DNA of 41,789 nucleotides, from NCBI GenBank assembly GCA_046540795.1, contig JBKHEN010000002.1, forward strand, positions 1 to 41,789, in the 5' to 3' direction. The notes under the pieces were generated by a model. That model saw nothing but the letters and a program-made list of their open reading frames with translations, had not been told where the DNA came from and did no database searches. Positions 28,725 to 37,535 of this stretch are shown here, in pieces (position 1 is the stretch's first letter; every line of letters starts with the position of its first letter). The DNA comes from Spirochaetaceae bacterium (lineage in GTDB: Bacteria; Spirochaetota; Spirochaetia; DSM-27196; PWMO01). The position numbers were made by a program, and so were the translations under genes.

Positions 28725-29526
28725 TGCCCGCCGCGGGCGGCACAATGGCCCGGGTCCGGGAACCGGAGCAAGCACGTACGTCGGGTATCACGCGGTATTC
28801 GAAGTGCTCAGGCGGGGCCCCGTGGAGGGAACCGTGTACCTCGCGGCGACGAACCGAAAGGCCCGTGATATAGAGGCTGAAGCGCGTTCCCGCGGGGTCG
28901 ACGTCGTCCACGTCGAACGTGAAAGGCTGAAAGAGCTGGGTGGTGAGCAGGCGCGGGGTGCCGTACTCCATGGACGGGTGGCTCCGGACTCCGCGGTGAA
29001 GACCCTGGACGGCTTTCTTGCTACCCTGAAGGTTCCGGAAGCGCTTGTCATCGTCCTCGACGGCGTGACGGATCCCCACAACGTGGGGGCGATCATTCGC
29101 AGCGCCGACCAGTTCGAAGCGGACCTCGTGATCGTGCGGGAGCGCCGCGCCGCAGGCGACACGAGCACCCTTTCTCGAACCTCCGCCGGAGCGACGGCAT
29201 ACGTCAATCGCATCACCGTGACGAACATCGAGGCCGCCCTGCGGCGGTTGCAGGAGGCCGCTTTCTGGGTGTACGGCGCGTCGGCGGACGGTAAACCGAT
29301 CGGGGAAATCGACCTCTCCGGCCGGACCGCCCTCGTGCTCGGCGACGAAGGATCGGGGTTGTCGCCGGTGGTGCGGAGGCGGTGTGACGATCTGGTGGCA
29401 ATCCCCGCCGGAGGCAACGTCGACTCGTTGAACGTTTCGGTGGCCGCCGGAATTCTCATGTACGAAGTCCGGCGGTCCACCGGGTGGAAGACGGCTCCTC
29501 GTAGCGGTCGTCTCAGGGAAGCATGA
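28711..29526 (+). CDS. SpoU/TrmH-family RNA 2'-O-methyltransferase (RlmB-like)
   Basis: SpoU motifs 'VLDGVTDPHNVGAIIRSA', 'LVLGDEGSGLS' and 'IPAGGNVDSLNVSVAAGILMYE' are present. The start overlaps the upstream ORF by 14 nt. Confidence 0.88.
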   Translation: MAESDARRGRHNGPGPGTGASTYVGYHAVFEVLRRGPVEGTVYLAATNRKARDIEAEARSRGVDVVHVERERLKELGGEQARGAVLHGRVAPDSAVKTLDGFLATLKVPEALVIVLDGVTDPHNVGAIIRSADQFEADLVIVRERRAAGDTSTLSRTSAGATAYVNRITVTNIEAALRRLQEAAFWVYGASADGKPIGEIDLSGRTALVLGDEGSGLSPVVRRRCDDLVAIPAGGNVDSLNVSVAAGILMYEVRRSTGWKTAPRSGRLREA

Positions 29527-29537
29527 GGAAATGGGCC

Positions 29538-30308
29538 TCAGGAAATGTTGAACAACTGTGTCGTGTTTTCATACAAAGCGTCGGCCACTTCCTCGACCGG
29601 TTGCTCACGGAGCTCGGCTATGAATTTGAGTGTTTCCACGAGATACGACGGACGGTTCCGCTTGCCCCGGTACGCTGCGGGAACCATAAAGGGACTCTCG
29701 GACTCTATGAGGATCCGGTCCAGGGGCATGTTGCGGGCTGTCTCGTGAAGATTTCGGGCATTTCGATAGGTAACGTTCCCGGCAAACGAGATGTAGAGAG
29801 GCAGCTCGAGAGCCTGCTGCGCGTATTGCCAGTCCTCCGAGTAACAGTGTAGAACGCCGCCGCGAGGTGGTATGCGGTCCTGGAGAATCTCGAGAACGTC
29901 CTGCCCCGCCTCCCGATTGTGAATGACCACCGGAAGCTCGAGCTTAGAGGCAAGCTCCAGCTGTCGTATGAACAACTCGACCTGTGCGTCCTTGTTGCCG
30001 AACTTTCTGTAATAGTCGAGGCCCGTCTCACCGACGGCCACGACCCGGTCCATCTTGGCCCCTTCTTCGACTTGAAGTTCCCAGTCTCGACCGGGATTCA
30101 CTACTTCGGACGGTGATACCCCTACGCTGTGATAGACGTGGGCGGCAGTCTTGAGGTTCTCATGGACCTGGAAGAAGTCACGCAGGTTGTTGCAGATGCT
30201 CAGAATGCCGTGAACACCCGCCTGTCGAGCCTCTTGAACGATCATAAGCTGTTCGATCGGGTCTTCGTTTATAAGCCCGATGTGCGCGTGAGAATCAAAA
30301 AGCTTCAT
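29538..30308 (-). CDS. tatD: TatD-family metal-dependent hydrolase/DNase
   Basis: 'MKLFDSHAHIG', 'VGETGLDYY', 'VVIHNREA', 'VLHCYSEDW' and 'ILIESESPFM' are the TatD metal-binding motifs. The start is set at the MKLFDSHAH Met (30308) rather than the longer listed ORF. Confidence 0.9.
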   Translation of the reverse strand: MKLFDSHAHIGLINEDPIEQLMIVQEARQAGVHGILSICNNLRDFFQVHENLKTAAHVYHSVGVSPSEVVNPGRDWELQVEEGAKMDRVVAVGETGLDYYRKFGNKDAQVELFIRQLELASKLELPVVIHNREAGQDVLEILQDRIPPRGGVLHCYSEDWQYAQQALELPLYISFAGNVTYRNARNLHETARNMPLDRILIESESPFMVPAAYRGKRNRPSYLVETLKFIAELREQPVEEVADALYENTTQLFNIS

Positions 30309-30383
30309 AGTACTTCCACTGCTGTACGGGTATTGAACTCGAAGGCCAGTTCTTGCTGAAACATAGCACGGCATCTCGTAGGA

Positions 30384-30397
30384 GTCAAATGTTTGAC
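30384..30397. promoter_or_regulatory. Perfect 14-bp palindrome GTCAAATGTTTGAC (candidate operator) in the tatD / M23-peptidase divergent region
   Basis: Read directly. Its half-site ATGTTTGAC recurs at 30459-30467, overlapping the predicted -35 element. Confidence 0.4.
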
Positions 30398-30462
30398 GGC
30401 TTATGGGACGATTCGCCGGCGGCAGTCGATTCGCATGCCGACGATCTCGGTCCTTCGTATGT

Positions 30463-30491
30463 TTGACAAAGCCCGTGGGGCGTGCTAAGTT
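30463..30491 (+). promoter_or_regulatory. Sigma-70-type promoter for the M23 peptidase-bactofilin operon
   Basis: TTGACA (30463-30468), exactly 17 nt, TAAGTT (30486-30491), about 60 nt upstream of the start codon. Confidence 0.45.
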
Positions 30492-30550
30492 CACTTAAAT
30501 AGGAGAGATGCGTCTGATTCTTGCCGACAATATGAACGGAGGAATGGCTA

Positions 30551-31597
30551 TTGTCAGGAAGTTCCGATAGTACCCAAGCAGAGACGACAACGCATTCGCC
30601 CTTGTCGAAGCTTGCTCGCCGTCTGGGTCGGGCAGTTAAACGCGTATTGGTCGGCTTTGTCAGGCTCGGCAAACAGCGTTTCACCGTGATGCTCATACCG
30701 CATTCGGAGAAACGCGTCGTGAATTTCCAGATCAACACCTTCGCGATTGCGTTCATCGGCATATTGATCATCGGCGTTCTCGTCGGATTCTTCTATCTCT
30801 CGACCATGTTTTCGGGCTCCTCGCGTCTCATCTCGCAACGTTCACAGGAGTTGGAAAGCACGGAAGCCAGCTTGGAGGCTGTGCGGGAAGAGGTTGCCGA
30901 GGTTTCCAAGGCCGGCGAGGTTTTCGGCAGTCAGCTCACCGATACCCTGCGGTCGTTAGACCTGAGCTCGGAGGATGCGCTTTCGTCGGAAGACGGCGGC
31001 ACCGGGGACCTCTCGTCCTTTCTCGACGTCCAGGAGGTGGAACCGGGGGAAATACGGGAGCTGCAGGAACTGAGAGGCCTTGCCGGTATGCTCGAGGCCT
31101 CCGTACGACCGTTGGAAGACATTCGGGACGTGCTGGATTCGCAGAAGGAGCTCCTTGCGGATCTGCCGCACCACTGGCCCGTCGCCTCCGGGCTCGGTCG
31201 AGTGACTATGGAGTTCGGACCGAACATCCATCCGGTGACCAGTCAGTGGTACTTGCATAAGGGTTTCGACATTGCCGGAACCCCAGGGACCCCCGTGATT
31301 GCCAGCGCCAACGGCAAGGTTGTGGAGCTGGGTGTGGACCCGGGCTACGGTCTGTACGTGTGGGTGCGGCACAAATATGGCTTCCGCACGCGGTATTCGC
31401 ATCTCCAGACGGTCGATGTTGCCGAAGGGGATGAGGTCTATCAGGGCCAACGGGTCGGCCGTCTCGGGGACAGTGGCATATCTACGGGCCCGCACCTGGA
31501 TTTTCAGATTTGGCTTGGGACGGACGTGGTGGATCCCTCCGCATTCCTGAAAATTTCGAGCGAATTCAAGCGGTGGTCCCGAGATCGCATTCACTGA
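30551..31597 (+). CDS. M23 (LytM-type) family peptidase, membrane-anchored, with coiled-coil linker
   Basis: N-terminal TM 'FAIAFIGILIIGVLVGFFYL'. C-terminal M23 domain 'YLHKGFDIAGTPGTPVIASANGKVV...YSHLQT...GDSGISTGPHLDFQIW'. GGAGG RBS 8 nt before TTG 30551. The start is uncertain. Confidence 0.88.
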   Translation: MSGSSDSTQAETTTHSPLSKLARRLGRAVKRVLVGFVRLGKQRFTVMLIPHSEKRVVNFQINTFAIAFIGILIIGVLVGFFYLSTMFSGSSRLISQRSQELESTEASLEAVREEVAEVSKAGEVFGSQLTDTLRSLDLSSEDALSSEDGGTGDLSSFLDVQEVEPGEIRELQELRGLAGMLEASVRPLEDIRDVLDSQKELLADLPHHWPVASGLGRVTMEFGPNIHPVTSQWYLHKGFDIAGTPGTPVIASANGKVVELGVDPGYGLYVWVRHKYGFRTRYSHLQTVDVAEGDEVYQGQRVGRLGDSGISTGPHLDFQIWLGTDVVDPSAFLKISSEFKRWSRDRIH

Positions 31598-31613
31598 CGG
31601 GTAAGTTCGACGC

Positions 31614-32078
31614 ATGGGCTACAACTCGGAAGATTCCTTTATCAACTCGATAGTCGGCGAAGGCACTCATTTTCGGGGCCATTTGGAGTTGGCGGGTCTC
31701 CTGCGCATCGACGGGGATTTTACAGGCTCCATCAAGACCAAGGGTAAGGTTCTTGTCGGGAAAGATGGTCGCGCGGACTGCAATATCGAGGCCGGGACGG
31801 TAGTTGTCGGGGGCGTTGTCCGGGGGACTATTGCATCGACGGAAAAGGTCATTGTGCTGGCCTCCGGTATGGTTATTGGTGACATATATGCGGCCCGGCT
31901 GGTCGTCGAGGAAGGTGTTATCATCGACGGAACGCTATCGATCCGCGGAGATGGGGCAGAGCCGCGGGGAGAGCGGTTTTCGCCGCGCCGTGCCTACGGA
32001 ACGGTCGGACCGCTTCGATATCCGGCTCGAGCCCCCGCGGCGCGACCGGCGCGCTCCGCAACATTCGGCGTCGAATAG
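31614..32078 (+). CDS. Bactofilin (DUF583 polymer-forming cytoskeletal protein), copy 1
   Basis: Beta-helix repeat pattern 'IVGEGTHFRGHLELAGLLRIDGDFTGSIKTKGKVLVGKDGRADCNIEAGTVVVGGVVRGTIASTEKVIVLASGMVIGDIYAARLVVEEGVIIDGTLS' with a Pro/Arg-rich C-terminal tail. Confidence 0.88.
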   Translation: MGYNSEDSFINSIVGEGTHFRGHLELAGLLRIDGDFTGSIKTKGKVLVGKDGRADCNIEAGTVVVGGVVRGTIASTEKVIVLASGMVIGDIYAARLVVEEGVIIDGTLSIRGDGAEPRGERFSPRRAYGTVGPLRYPARAPAARPARSATFGVE

Positions 32079-32089
32079 AGGCGACGACT

Positions 32090-32593
32090 ATGGCGGCAAT
32101 GAAACGTATCGAGAACGACGGCTTCTTCTCGTTTCGCCGGCAGGCACGCGAGGCCCGAACCGGTGCCGGCAAAGCCGCCGAAGCGCCGGAGTTCGGGACG
32201 ATTCTCCGTCGGGAAGCGGAGGATTCATCGGCCGCCTCCGGGGTCTCGGAGACGAGTACCTCCCCGCCGAGCCCGGAGGAAATCGAGCATCTGCTCGACT
32301 CCGTTCACCGGCTCGGTGACGAGCTGATGCACAAGCGCACCTTCAGCGCCGTACAGCGCTACCGGGAGGCGGTCAAGGCGTTCGTTCGCCGGGTGGTGTC
32401 GAACTCCCTCGACGTGGAGGTCCATACCTCCGGCGCAAGCGTGCTGAGTCGCAAGAGGTTCTCCCTCGTGCAGATCATCGATCAGAAGCTCGATCGCTTG
32501 GTCGGCGGGATGTTGCAGAGTCAGGAGCCGCAAATGGAGCTCATGAGCAGGGTCGAGGAGATCCACGGGCTACTCGTCGATCTCTCCCATTAG
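32090..32593 (+). CDS. DUF327 (YaaR-like) family protein
   Basis: The C-terminal pattern 'AVQRYREAVKAFVRRVV...RKRFSLVQIIDQKLDRLVGGML...LMSRVEEIHGLLVDL' matches the B. subtilis YaaR family as I remember it. It lies next to a PSP1/YaaT gene, as in Firmicutes. Confidence 0.75.
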   Translation: MAAMKRIENDGFFSFRRQAREARTGAGKAAEAPEFGTILRREAEDSSAASGVSETSTSPPSPEEIEHLLDSVHRLGDELMHKRTFSAVQRYREAVKAFVRRVVSNSLDVEVHTSGASVLSRKRFSLVQIIDQKLDRLVGGMLQSQEPQMELMSRVEEIHGLLVDLSH

Positions 32594-32607
32594 AGGAAAG
32601 GTAGAGT

Positions 32608-33618
32608 ATGAGCAATAATCTCCCGGGAGTGCCGGCTGCTTCGCCTCCGGCATACGCAGGCTGCGGCATCTGCGATTCAATACCGGCGGGTACGCCGTTC
32701 ATCGTCAAAGTGCTTCACTCCAGTGAGACGGAGCTGTGTCGTATCGGCGACGAGGAGGATATCGGAGAGGTGCGCTGTGGGAATCTGGTGGTCGTCATGA
32801 CCCGTTACGGGGGCGACCTTGCCCGGGTTCTCGGCCCCGTGCGTCCCGAGAACGTCGGGGCATGGGAGCACGAGCGCACTATTCAGCGTATCGCCACCGA
32901 AAGTGACATCGCCCGTTACGAGCAGAATCTGGAGAAGGAAGAGCGCGCGGTGGATATTTGCCGCAACAAGATCGGGAAGCACGGGCTCGACATGAAGCTC
33001 GTGTCGGCCCACTACGTGCTCGAGGAGCCGAAGATCCTCTTCTTCTTTACGGCGGAGTCACGGGTGGATTTTCGTGACCTGGTGAAGGACCTGGTCGCCG
33101 AGTTTCGAATGCGTATCGAGTTGCGTCAGATCGGCGTGCGAGACGACTCCCGGGTGCTGGGGGGCACCGGCGTCTGCGGACGGGTATTCTGCTGTCACGG
33201 CCTTACGAACAAGCTGAAACCCGTGTCGATCAAGATGGCCAAGGTGCAGAATCTCAGTCTCAACTCCATGAAAATATCCGGACCATGCGGGCGCCTGTTG
33301 TGCTGCCTGGCGTACGAATACGAGCACTACACCGAGCAGAAGGACAAGCTCCCCTCCGACGGTACACGAATACGATTCGACGGCAGCACGTTTCAGGTGT
33401 GTGAGGTAAACGTCATTTCAAACGAGGTACGAATGTTCGCCCGCGAGGACGGCCGCTATGTGACCGTCGCCGGTGACCGGTTCAAATACTACTCGCGCGA
33501 GAGACGGTGGGCCGTCGACGAAGAGAGCGTGACGGAGGATCGCGAGGCGGGTATGGAGCGCGCCGTGGACAGGGAAATGGTGGACACGGAAGAACAGTAC
33601 CCGCGGAACGGGGAATGA
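32608..33618 (+). CDS. PSP1 C-terminal domain protein (YaaT/RicT-like)
   Basis: 'KILFFFTAESRVDFRDLVKDLVAEFRMRIELRQIGVRDDSRVLGGTGVCGRVFCCHGL...KISGPCGRLLCCLAYEYEHY' is the conserved PSP1 core, including the two Cys clusters. Confidence 0.9.
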   Translation: MSNNLPGVPAASPPAYAGCGICDSIPAGTPFIVKVLHSSETELCRIGDEEDIGEVRCGNLVVVMTRYGGDLARVLGPVRPENVGAWEHERTIQRIATESDIARYEQNLEKEERAVDICRNKIGKHGLDMKLVSAHYVLEEPKILFFFTAESRVDFRDLVKDLVAEFRMRIELRQIGVRDDSRVLGGTGVCGRVFCCHGLTNKLKPVSIKMAKVQNLSLNSMKISGPCGRLLCCLAYEYEHYTEQKDKLPSDGTRIRFDGSTFQVCEVNVISNEVRMFAREDGRYVTVAGDRFKYYSRERRWAVDEESVTEDREAGMERAVDREMVDTEEQYPRNGE

Positions 33619-33625
33619 ACCCTCT

Positions 33626-35728
33626 TTATCCGCGCTCGTATTGCAGCTTATAAAGGTTTGCGTAGACACCGCCCTCGGAAAGCAGCTCGTCATGCGTCCC
33701 GGCTTCCACGATCTCGCCGTGGGACAACACCAGAATCCGATCGGCGTTCTTGATGGTAGAAAGACGGTGCGCAATGACAAGGGACGTGCGGCGTTCAAGC
33801 AGCGCTTGCATGCCCTCCTGTATCAGCCGTTCGGTGTCCGTGTCCACACTGGAGGTGGCTTCGTCGAGAATGATTACGGTGGGATCGTGAACCACGACTC
33901 GTGCAAAGGAAACGAGCTGCCGTTGCCCGACCGACAGGTTTGCCCCTCGCTCGTCGAGTCGCGTCAGATAGCCCTCGGGTAAACGTCGAATGAAACTGTC
34001 CGCCTGCACCGCCTGTGCCGCCTGTTCGAGCCTTCCGTCCTGGAAAGCTTCTCCGAGGGCAATATTCTCGCGTATTGTATCCCGAAAGATGAACACGTCC
34101 TGGTCGATGGGCTGGACGAGCCCGCGAAGCTCGGCAATGGGAATATCTCGGATGTCGATTCCGTCGATGAGGATGCGGCCGGAGTCGACGTCCCACAACC
34201 GCGAGAGCAGGTTTGCAATCGTGGTCTTGCCGGCACCCGTATAACCGACGAGCGCAACGGTCTCTCCCGGCGGAATCCGGAAACTGAGGTTCCTGATTAC
34301 CGGCTCTCCCGGTCGATACGAGAAGGTGACGTCTTCAAATGCGACTTCCCCGCGAACGGGACGAGGGAGGCGTCGGGTACCGGAATCTTCGATCCGGTCC
34401 TCGTCTTCGAGGAGCTCGAGAATACGTTCGCCTCCGGCTAGTGCGCTCTGCAACACCACGAACTGCTCGGATATCGACATCAGTTGCCGAAAGAACCGCC
34501 GCACCAGATCAATGCCCGCAATCAACATCCCTAGAGTTACGACGCCCTCGAGTACCGAGGCCGCCCCGAGGTAGATTACCACGGCAACGGATGCGGAGGA
34601 GAGCAGATCGATGATCGGGCGAAACGTGGCGAATACATACATTTCCCCGAGGCCGGCTCGTAGGAGCGAGTCGCTCCGCTCCTTGAACGCGTTGCCGATC
34701 CGTCCTTCTTGAGTGAACAGCTGTACCACCGACATTCCCGAAATGTGCTCGGAGAGGAAGGTGTTTACCCGGGAGATCCATACACGAACGTTGCGAAACG
34801 CGTCGCGGGCCTTGGTTCGGAAATACAGCGTTACCAGCACTACCGGTGGGAGCGTCGTAGCCACGATTAATCCGAGCCGCGTGCTCAAGAGAAAAACCGT
34901 GACGATAACCCCTACCATGATGGAGATGTTCTTCAGCAAGTTGGCGAGAACGTTCGTGAAAAGCTCGTTGATCGTCTCTACGTCGTTGGTAATCCGCGTA
35001 ACCAGACGTCCAACGGGATTTCGGTGGAGAAAGGCCAGCCGCTGCCTGACAACGTGATCATAGAGTCTGGTTCTGAGCCCCTTCATCACGCGCTGACCGG
35101 CAGCCGCCATGAGGTACACCTGGGCGAAGGTGAAGACGAAAACACCGACAAGAAGGCCGAGGAAGAATAGGCTCTTCCGAGCGAGGGCGGTGAGGTCCTG
35201 AGAGCGGATGACCCGAAGCTCTTCCTCGCTCAAGTCCGAAAGCGCCTCGGCGGGGAGGGCGGCGTGGTCGGCGTCCTCGACGGTGTATACCGTCTCGGGG
35301 TGGGATGCCGCCACAAGCCGCGCCTCGGCGTCCCGCAGTGGAAAGACATAATAGCCTTCCCGCGAAAACACGCCGTCCTGCTGGAGCCCTCGCTTATCAA
35401 CGCCGGCGAGTGCCGTGAGAGAGCTTTCCAGAACGTAGGCTCTCTTGCCGATGAGGACAGGCTCTACGTCTGCGAGCTCGTCCGTTATCGCGGTGACCTC
35501 CTCGGGGTCTCCTCGCAGGTACTCCGAGGTCAGATCGCGGTCCACCGCGCGCTGAATGACCACCGGCAGCGCCAGCTCCGCGGCGGTGGCCAAACCCAGA
35601 GCCAGAACCGCGATTATGAGAATGACCAGGTGGGGCTTCACGAACACGAAGAGGCGACGGACTACCTCGGGGTTGTAGCCGGTGATTACCTTTTCCTCAT
35701 CCACCGAAGCCTCCCCGCGTCGAACCAT
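33626..35728 (-). CDS. ABC exporter, fused permease/ATPase subunit B (consensus Walker B, deviant signature)
   Basis: Six-TM type-I exporter domain, then Walker A 'GYTGAGKTT', signature 'LSVGQRQ', Walker B 'VIILDEATSSVD' and H-loop 'VIAHRLST'. The start is set at 'MVRRGEA' (35728), overlapping the partner gene by 32 nt. An in-frame GTG at 35704 is an alternative. Confidence 0.9.
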   Translation of the reverse strand: MVRRGEASVDEEKVITGYNPEVVRRLFVFVKPHLVILIIAVLALGLATAAELALPVVIQRAVDRDLTSEYLRGDPEEVTAITDELADVEPVLIGKRAYVLESSLTALAGVDKRGLQQDGVFSREGYYVFPLRDAEARLVAASHPETVYTVEDADHAALPAEALSDLSEEELRVIRSQDLTALARKSLFFLGLLVGVFVFTFAQVYLMAAAGQRVMKGLRTRLYDHVVRQRLAFLHRNPVGRLVTRITNDVETINELFTNVLANLLKNISIMVGVIVTVFLLSTRLGLIVATTLPPVVLVTLYFRTKARDAFRNVRVWISRVNTFLSEHISGMSVVQLFTQEGRIGNAFKERSDSLLRAGLGEMYVFATFRPIIDLLSSASVAVVIYLGAASVLEGVVTLGMLIAGIDLVRRFFRQLMSISEQFVVLQSALAGGERILELLEDEDRIEDSGTRRLPRPVRGEVAFEDVTFSYRPGEPVIRNLSFRIPPGETVALVGYTGAGKTTIANLLSRLWDVDSGRILIDGIDIRDIPIAELRGLVQPIDQDVFIFRDTIRENIALGEAFQDGRLEQAAQAVQADSFIRRLPEGYLTRLDERGANLSVGQRQLVSFARVVVHDPTVIILDEATSSVDTDTERLIQEGMQALLERRTSLVIAHRLSTIKNADRILVLSHGEIVEAGTHDELLSEGGVYANLYKLQYERG

Positions 35729-37481
35729 GATGGTGGGTTTCTTCCCGGGACTCCGCCTGCTGCAGGCGGTAGATGTCCCTATACATCCCCTCTTGCTCGG
35801 TGAGCTCCTCGTGTGAGCCGTGCTGGATAATCCGGCCTTCATCGAGGACGTAGATATAGTCGCACCGCGAGAGCGCCGACACTCGATGGGCTATGATGAC
35901 GTTGGTCATTCCCCGTCCCCGTCGCCGATCCAGAAGCCGGGAGAGAATCTTCTCTTCGCTCTCGGTGTCTACGGCGGAGAGCGCGTCGTCCAGCACGAGT
36001 ATAGGACGGCAGGCGGCGAGGGCACGTGAGATGGCAACCCGTTGTTTCTGTCCTCCGGAAAGCGTTACCCCCCGTTCACCCACCAGGGTGTCCCAGCCTT
36101 CCGGGAACTGCGCGACATCGCGGTCGATCGTGGAGATTTCCGCGACCTCTCGTACCAGGGAATCGGAGGCGTCCGGTCGGGCGAACCGGATATTATCGGC
36201 AATGGTGGCCGAGAACAGGAACGTGTCCTGGGGTACCATCGCAAACGCCTGGCGGAGGCTGGTGAGGTCGTATTCCCCCACGTCGTGACCACCGAGAAAG
36301 ACGGTACCCGGGGGCGGGTCGAGGATGCGCGGCAAGAGCGATACCAGCGTGGACTTTCCGGAACCGGTGCGGCCGAGGACGCCGACGGTCGAGCCCTCGG
36401 GTACCTCGATATGCACGCCGTTCAACGTGGGAGCGCGTCGTTCGTCATGCGAGAAGGTGAGCCCGCGAATTCCTATCCCGTAGTGCGGCACGGTGCCGAG
36501 AGCTCCCTCGGGGCTGCGGATATCCGGCTCTCGATGGATGACCGCGTTTAATCGCTTGAGTGATGCTCCTCCACGGGCGATGAGATTGACGAGGAAACCC
36601 GCTCCCATCATCGGCCACACGAGCATCTCCAGGTACGTCAGAGTGGCGACGAACTCGCCGGGCGTAATGCTTCCCACCACGACGGCGGTACCGCCGAAGC
36701 GCAAGAGCAGCAGGGAGGTGAGACCCGAGAGGAAGGTCACCGCCGGAAAGAACATTCCGGAGACGCGAACGTAGGCGAGATTCCTTCCGAGGTATTCGTC
36801 GTTGGCGGCGGCAAATCGGCGATTGAAGTATGCCTCCTTACCGAACGTCTTTATCACTCGAACGCCGGTCACCGATTCCTGCACGCCGCTGCTAAGCTCC
36901 GCGAAGCTCTCCTGCACTCGTCTGAAGAGCCTGGTCATTATCCGTCCCGCCACGAGGATCATGCCCGTCATGAAGGGCAGGGGAATGATGACGATTGCCG
37001 CGAGCCTGGGATTCTGCGAGAAGAGAATGATGAGTATGGCCAGGGTCATGAAGATCCCGTCCACGAAGGCAACCAGTCCCATCCCCGCGGCCATTCGTAC
37101 GTTCTTGAGATCGTTGGTTGCGCGAGCCATGAGATCCCCGGTCGTGGTTTCCCGATAGTAGCTCGACGACAACCGCAGCAGGTTACCGAACATGGCCTCT
37201 CGCAGCTCGGCCTCGATCCGTCGTGAGGCTCCATGAAGGAAGTACCGCCAGCCGAATCGGGCTACGGCAATGACCACGGCAAGCCCTATGAGCAGGAGCA
37301 TGTAGCGGCCGACTTCGGAGAGAGAAAAGCCGGTGACCGTCATGGTATCGACGGCACGGCGAATCAGTTGCGGGATGAACAGCTGTCCCCCGCTGGTTAC
37401 CACCAGGGTGAGAACACCGGCGATGTAATGCCAACGGTATTTCCGCACCAGCGGAAGAAGAGTTTTGTACGCGCCCAGCAT
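35697..37481 (-). CDS. ABC exporter, fused permease/ATPase subunit A (degenerate Walker B)
   Basis: Walker A 'GRTGSGKST', signature 'LSGGQKQR', Walker B 'ILVLDDALSAVD' (Asp in place of the catalytic Glu) and 'IIAHRVSA'. The start is set at 'MLGAYKTLLPLVRKY' (37481) rather than the longer listed ORF. Confidence 0.9.
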   Translation of the reverse strand: MLGAYKTLLPLVRKYRWHYIAGVLTLVVTSGGQLFIPQLIRRAVDTMTVTGFSLSEVGRYMLLLIGLAVVIAVARFGWRYFLHGASRRIEAELREAMFGNLLRLSSSYYRETTTGDLMARATNDLKNVRMAAGMGLVAFVDGIFMTLAILIILFSQNPRLAAIVIIPLPFMTGMILVAGRIMTRLFRRVQESFAELSSGVQESVTGVRVIKTFGKEAYFNRRFAAANDEYLGRNLAYVRVSGMFFPAVTFLSGLTSLLLLRFGGTAVVVGSITPGEFVATLTYLEMLVWPMMGAGFLVNLIARGGASLKRLNAVIHREPDIRSPEGALGTVPHYGIGIRGLTFSHDERRAPTLNGVHIEVPEGSTVGVLGRTGSGKSTLVSLLPRILDPPPGTVFLGGHDVGEYDLTSLRQAFAMVPQDTFLFSATIADNIRFARPDASDSLVREVAEISTIDRDVAQFPEGWDTLVGERGVTLSGGQKQRVAISRALAACRPILVLDDALSAVDTESEEKILSRLLDRRRGRGMTNVIIAHRVSALSRCDYIYVLDEGRIIQHGSHEELTEQEGMYRDIYRLQQAESREETHHHGSTRGGFGG

Positions 37482-37535
37482 GTGCCCGCCTAAGGTACAA
37501 TGTTCCCGCGGGAAAAGAAAGAGTGAGTCCTTTGC

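Noticed and set aside
29524-29540. Inverted repeat TGAGG-N7-CCTCA spanning the convergent stop codons of the methyltransferase gene and tatD (possible bidirectional terminator).
   Set aside because: It has only a 5-bp stem and no flanking T/A tract, which is too weak to call a terminator.
30480-30488. GCGTGCTAA, resembling the right arm of a CIRCE (HrcA) operator.
   Set aside because: The required left arm TTAGCACTC 9 nt upstream is absent (TTTGACAAA, 3/9 matches). The site also overlaps the spacer and -10 of a promoter for a non-chaperone operon.
30508-30570. A 20-codon ORF (MRLILADNMNGGMAIVRKFR) in the leader of the M23 peptidase gene, a possible leader peptide.
   Set aside because: The AGGAGA lies only 1 nt from the ATG, which is poor spacing. 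There is no conservation evidence, and it overlaps the predicted M23 start in another frame.
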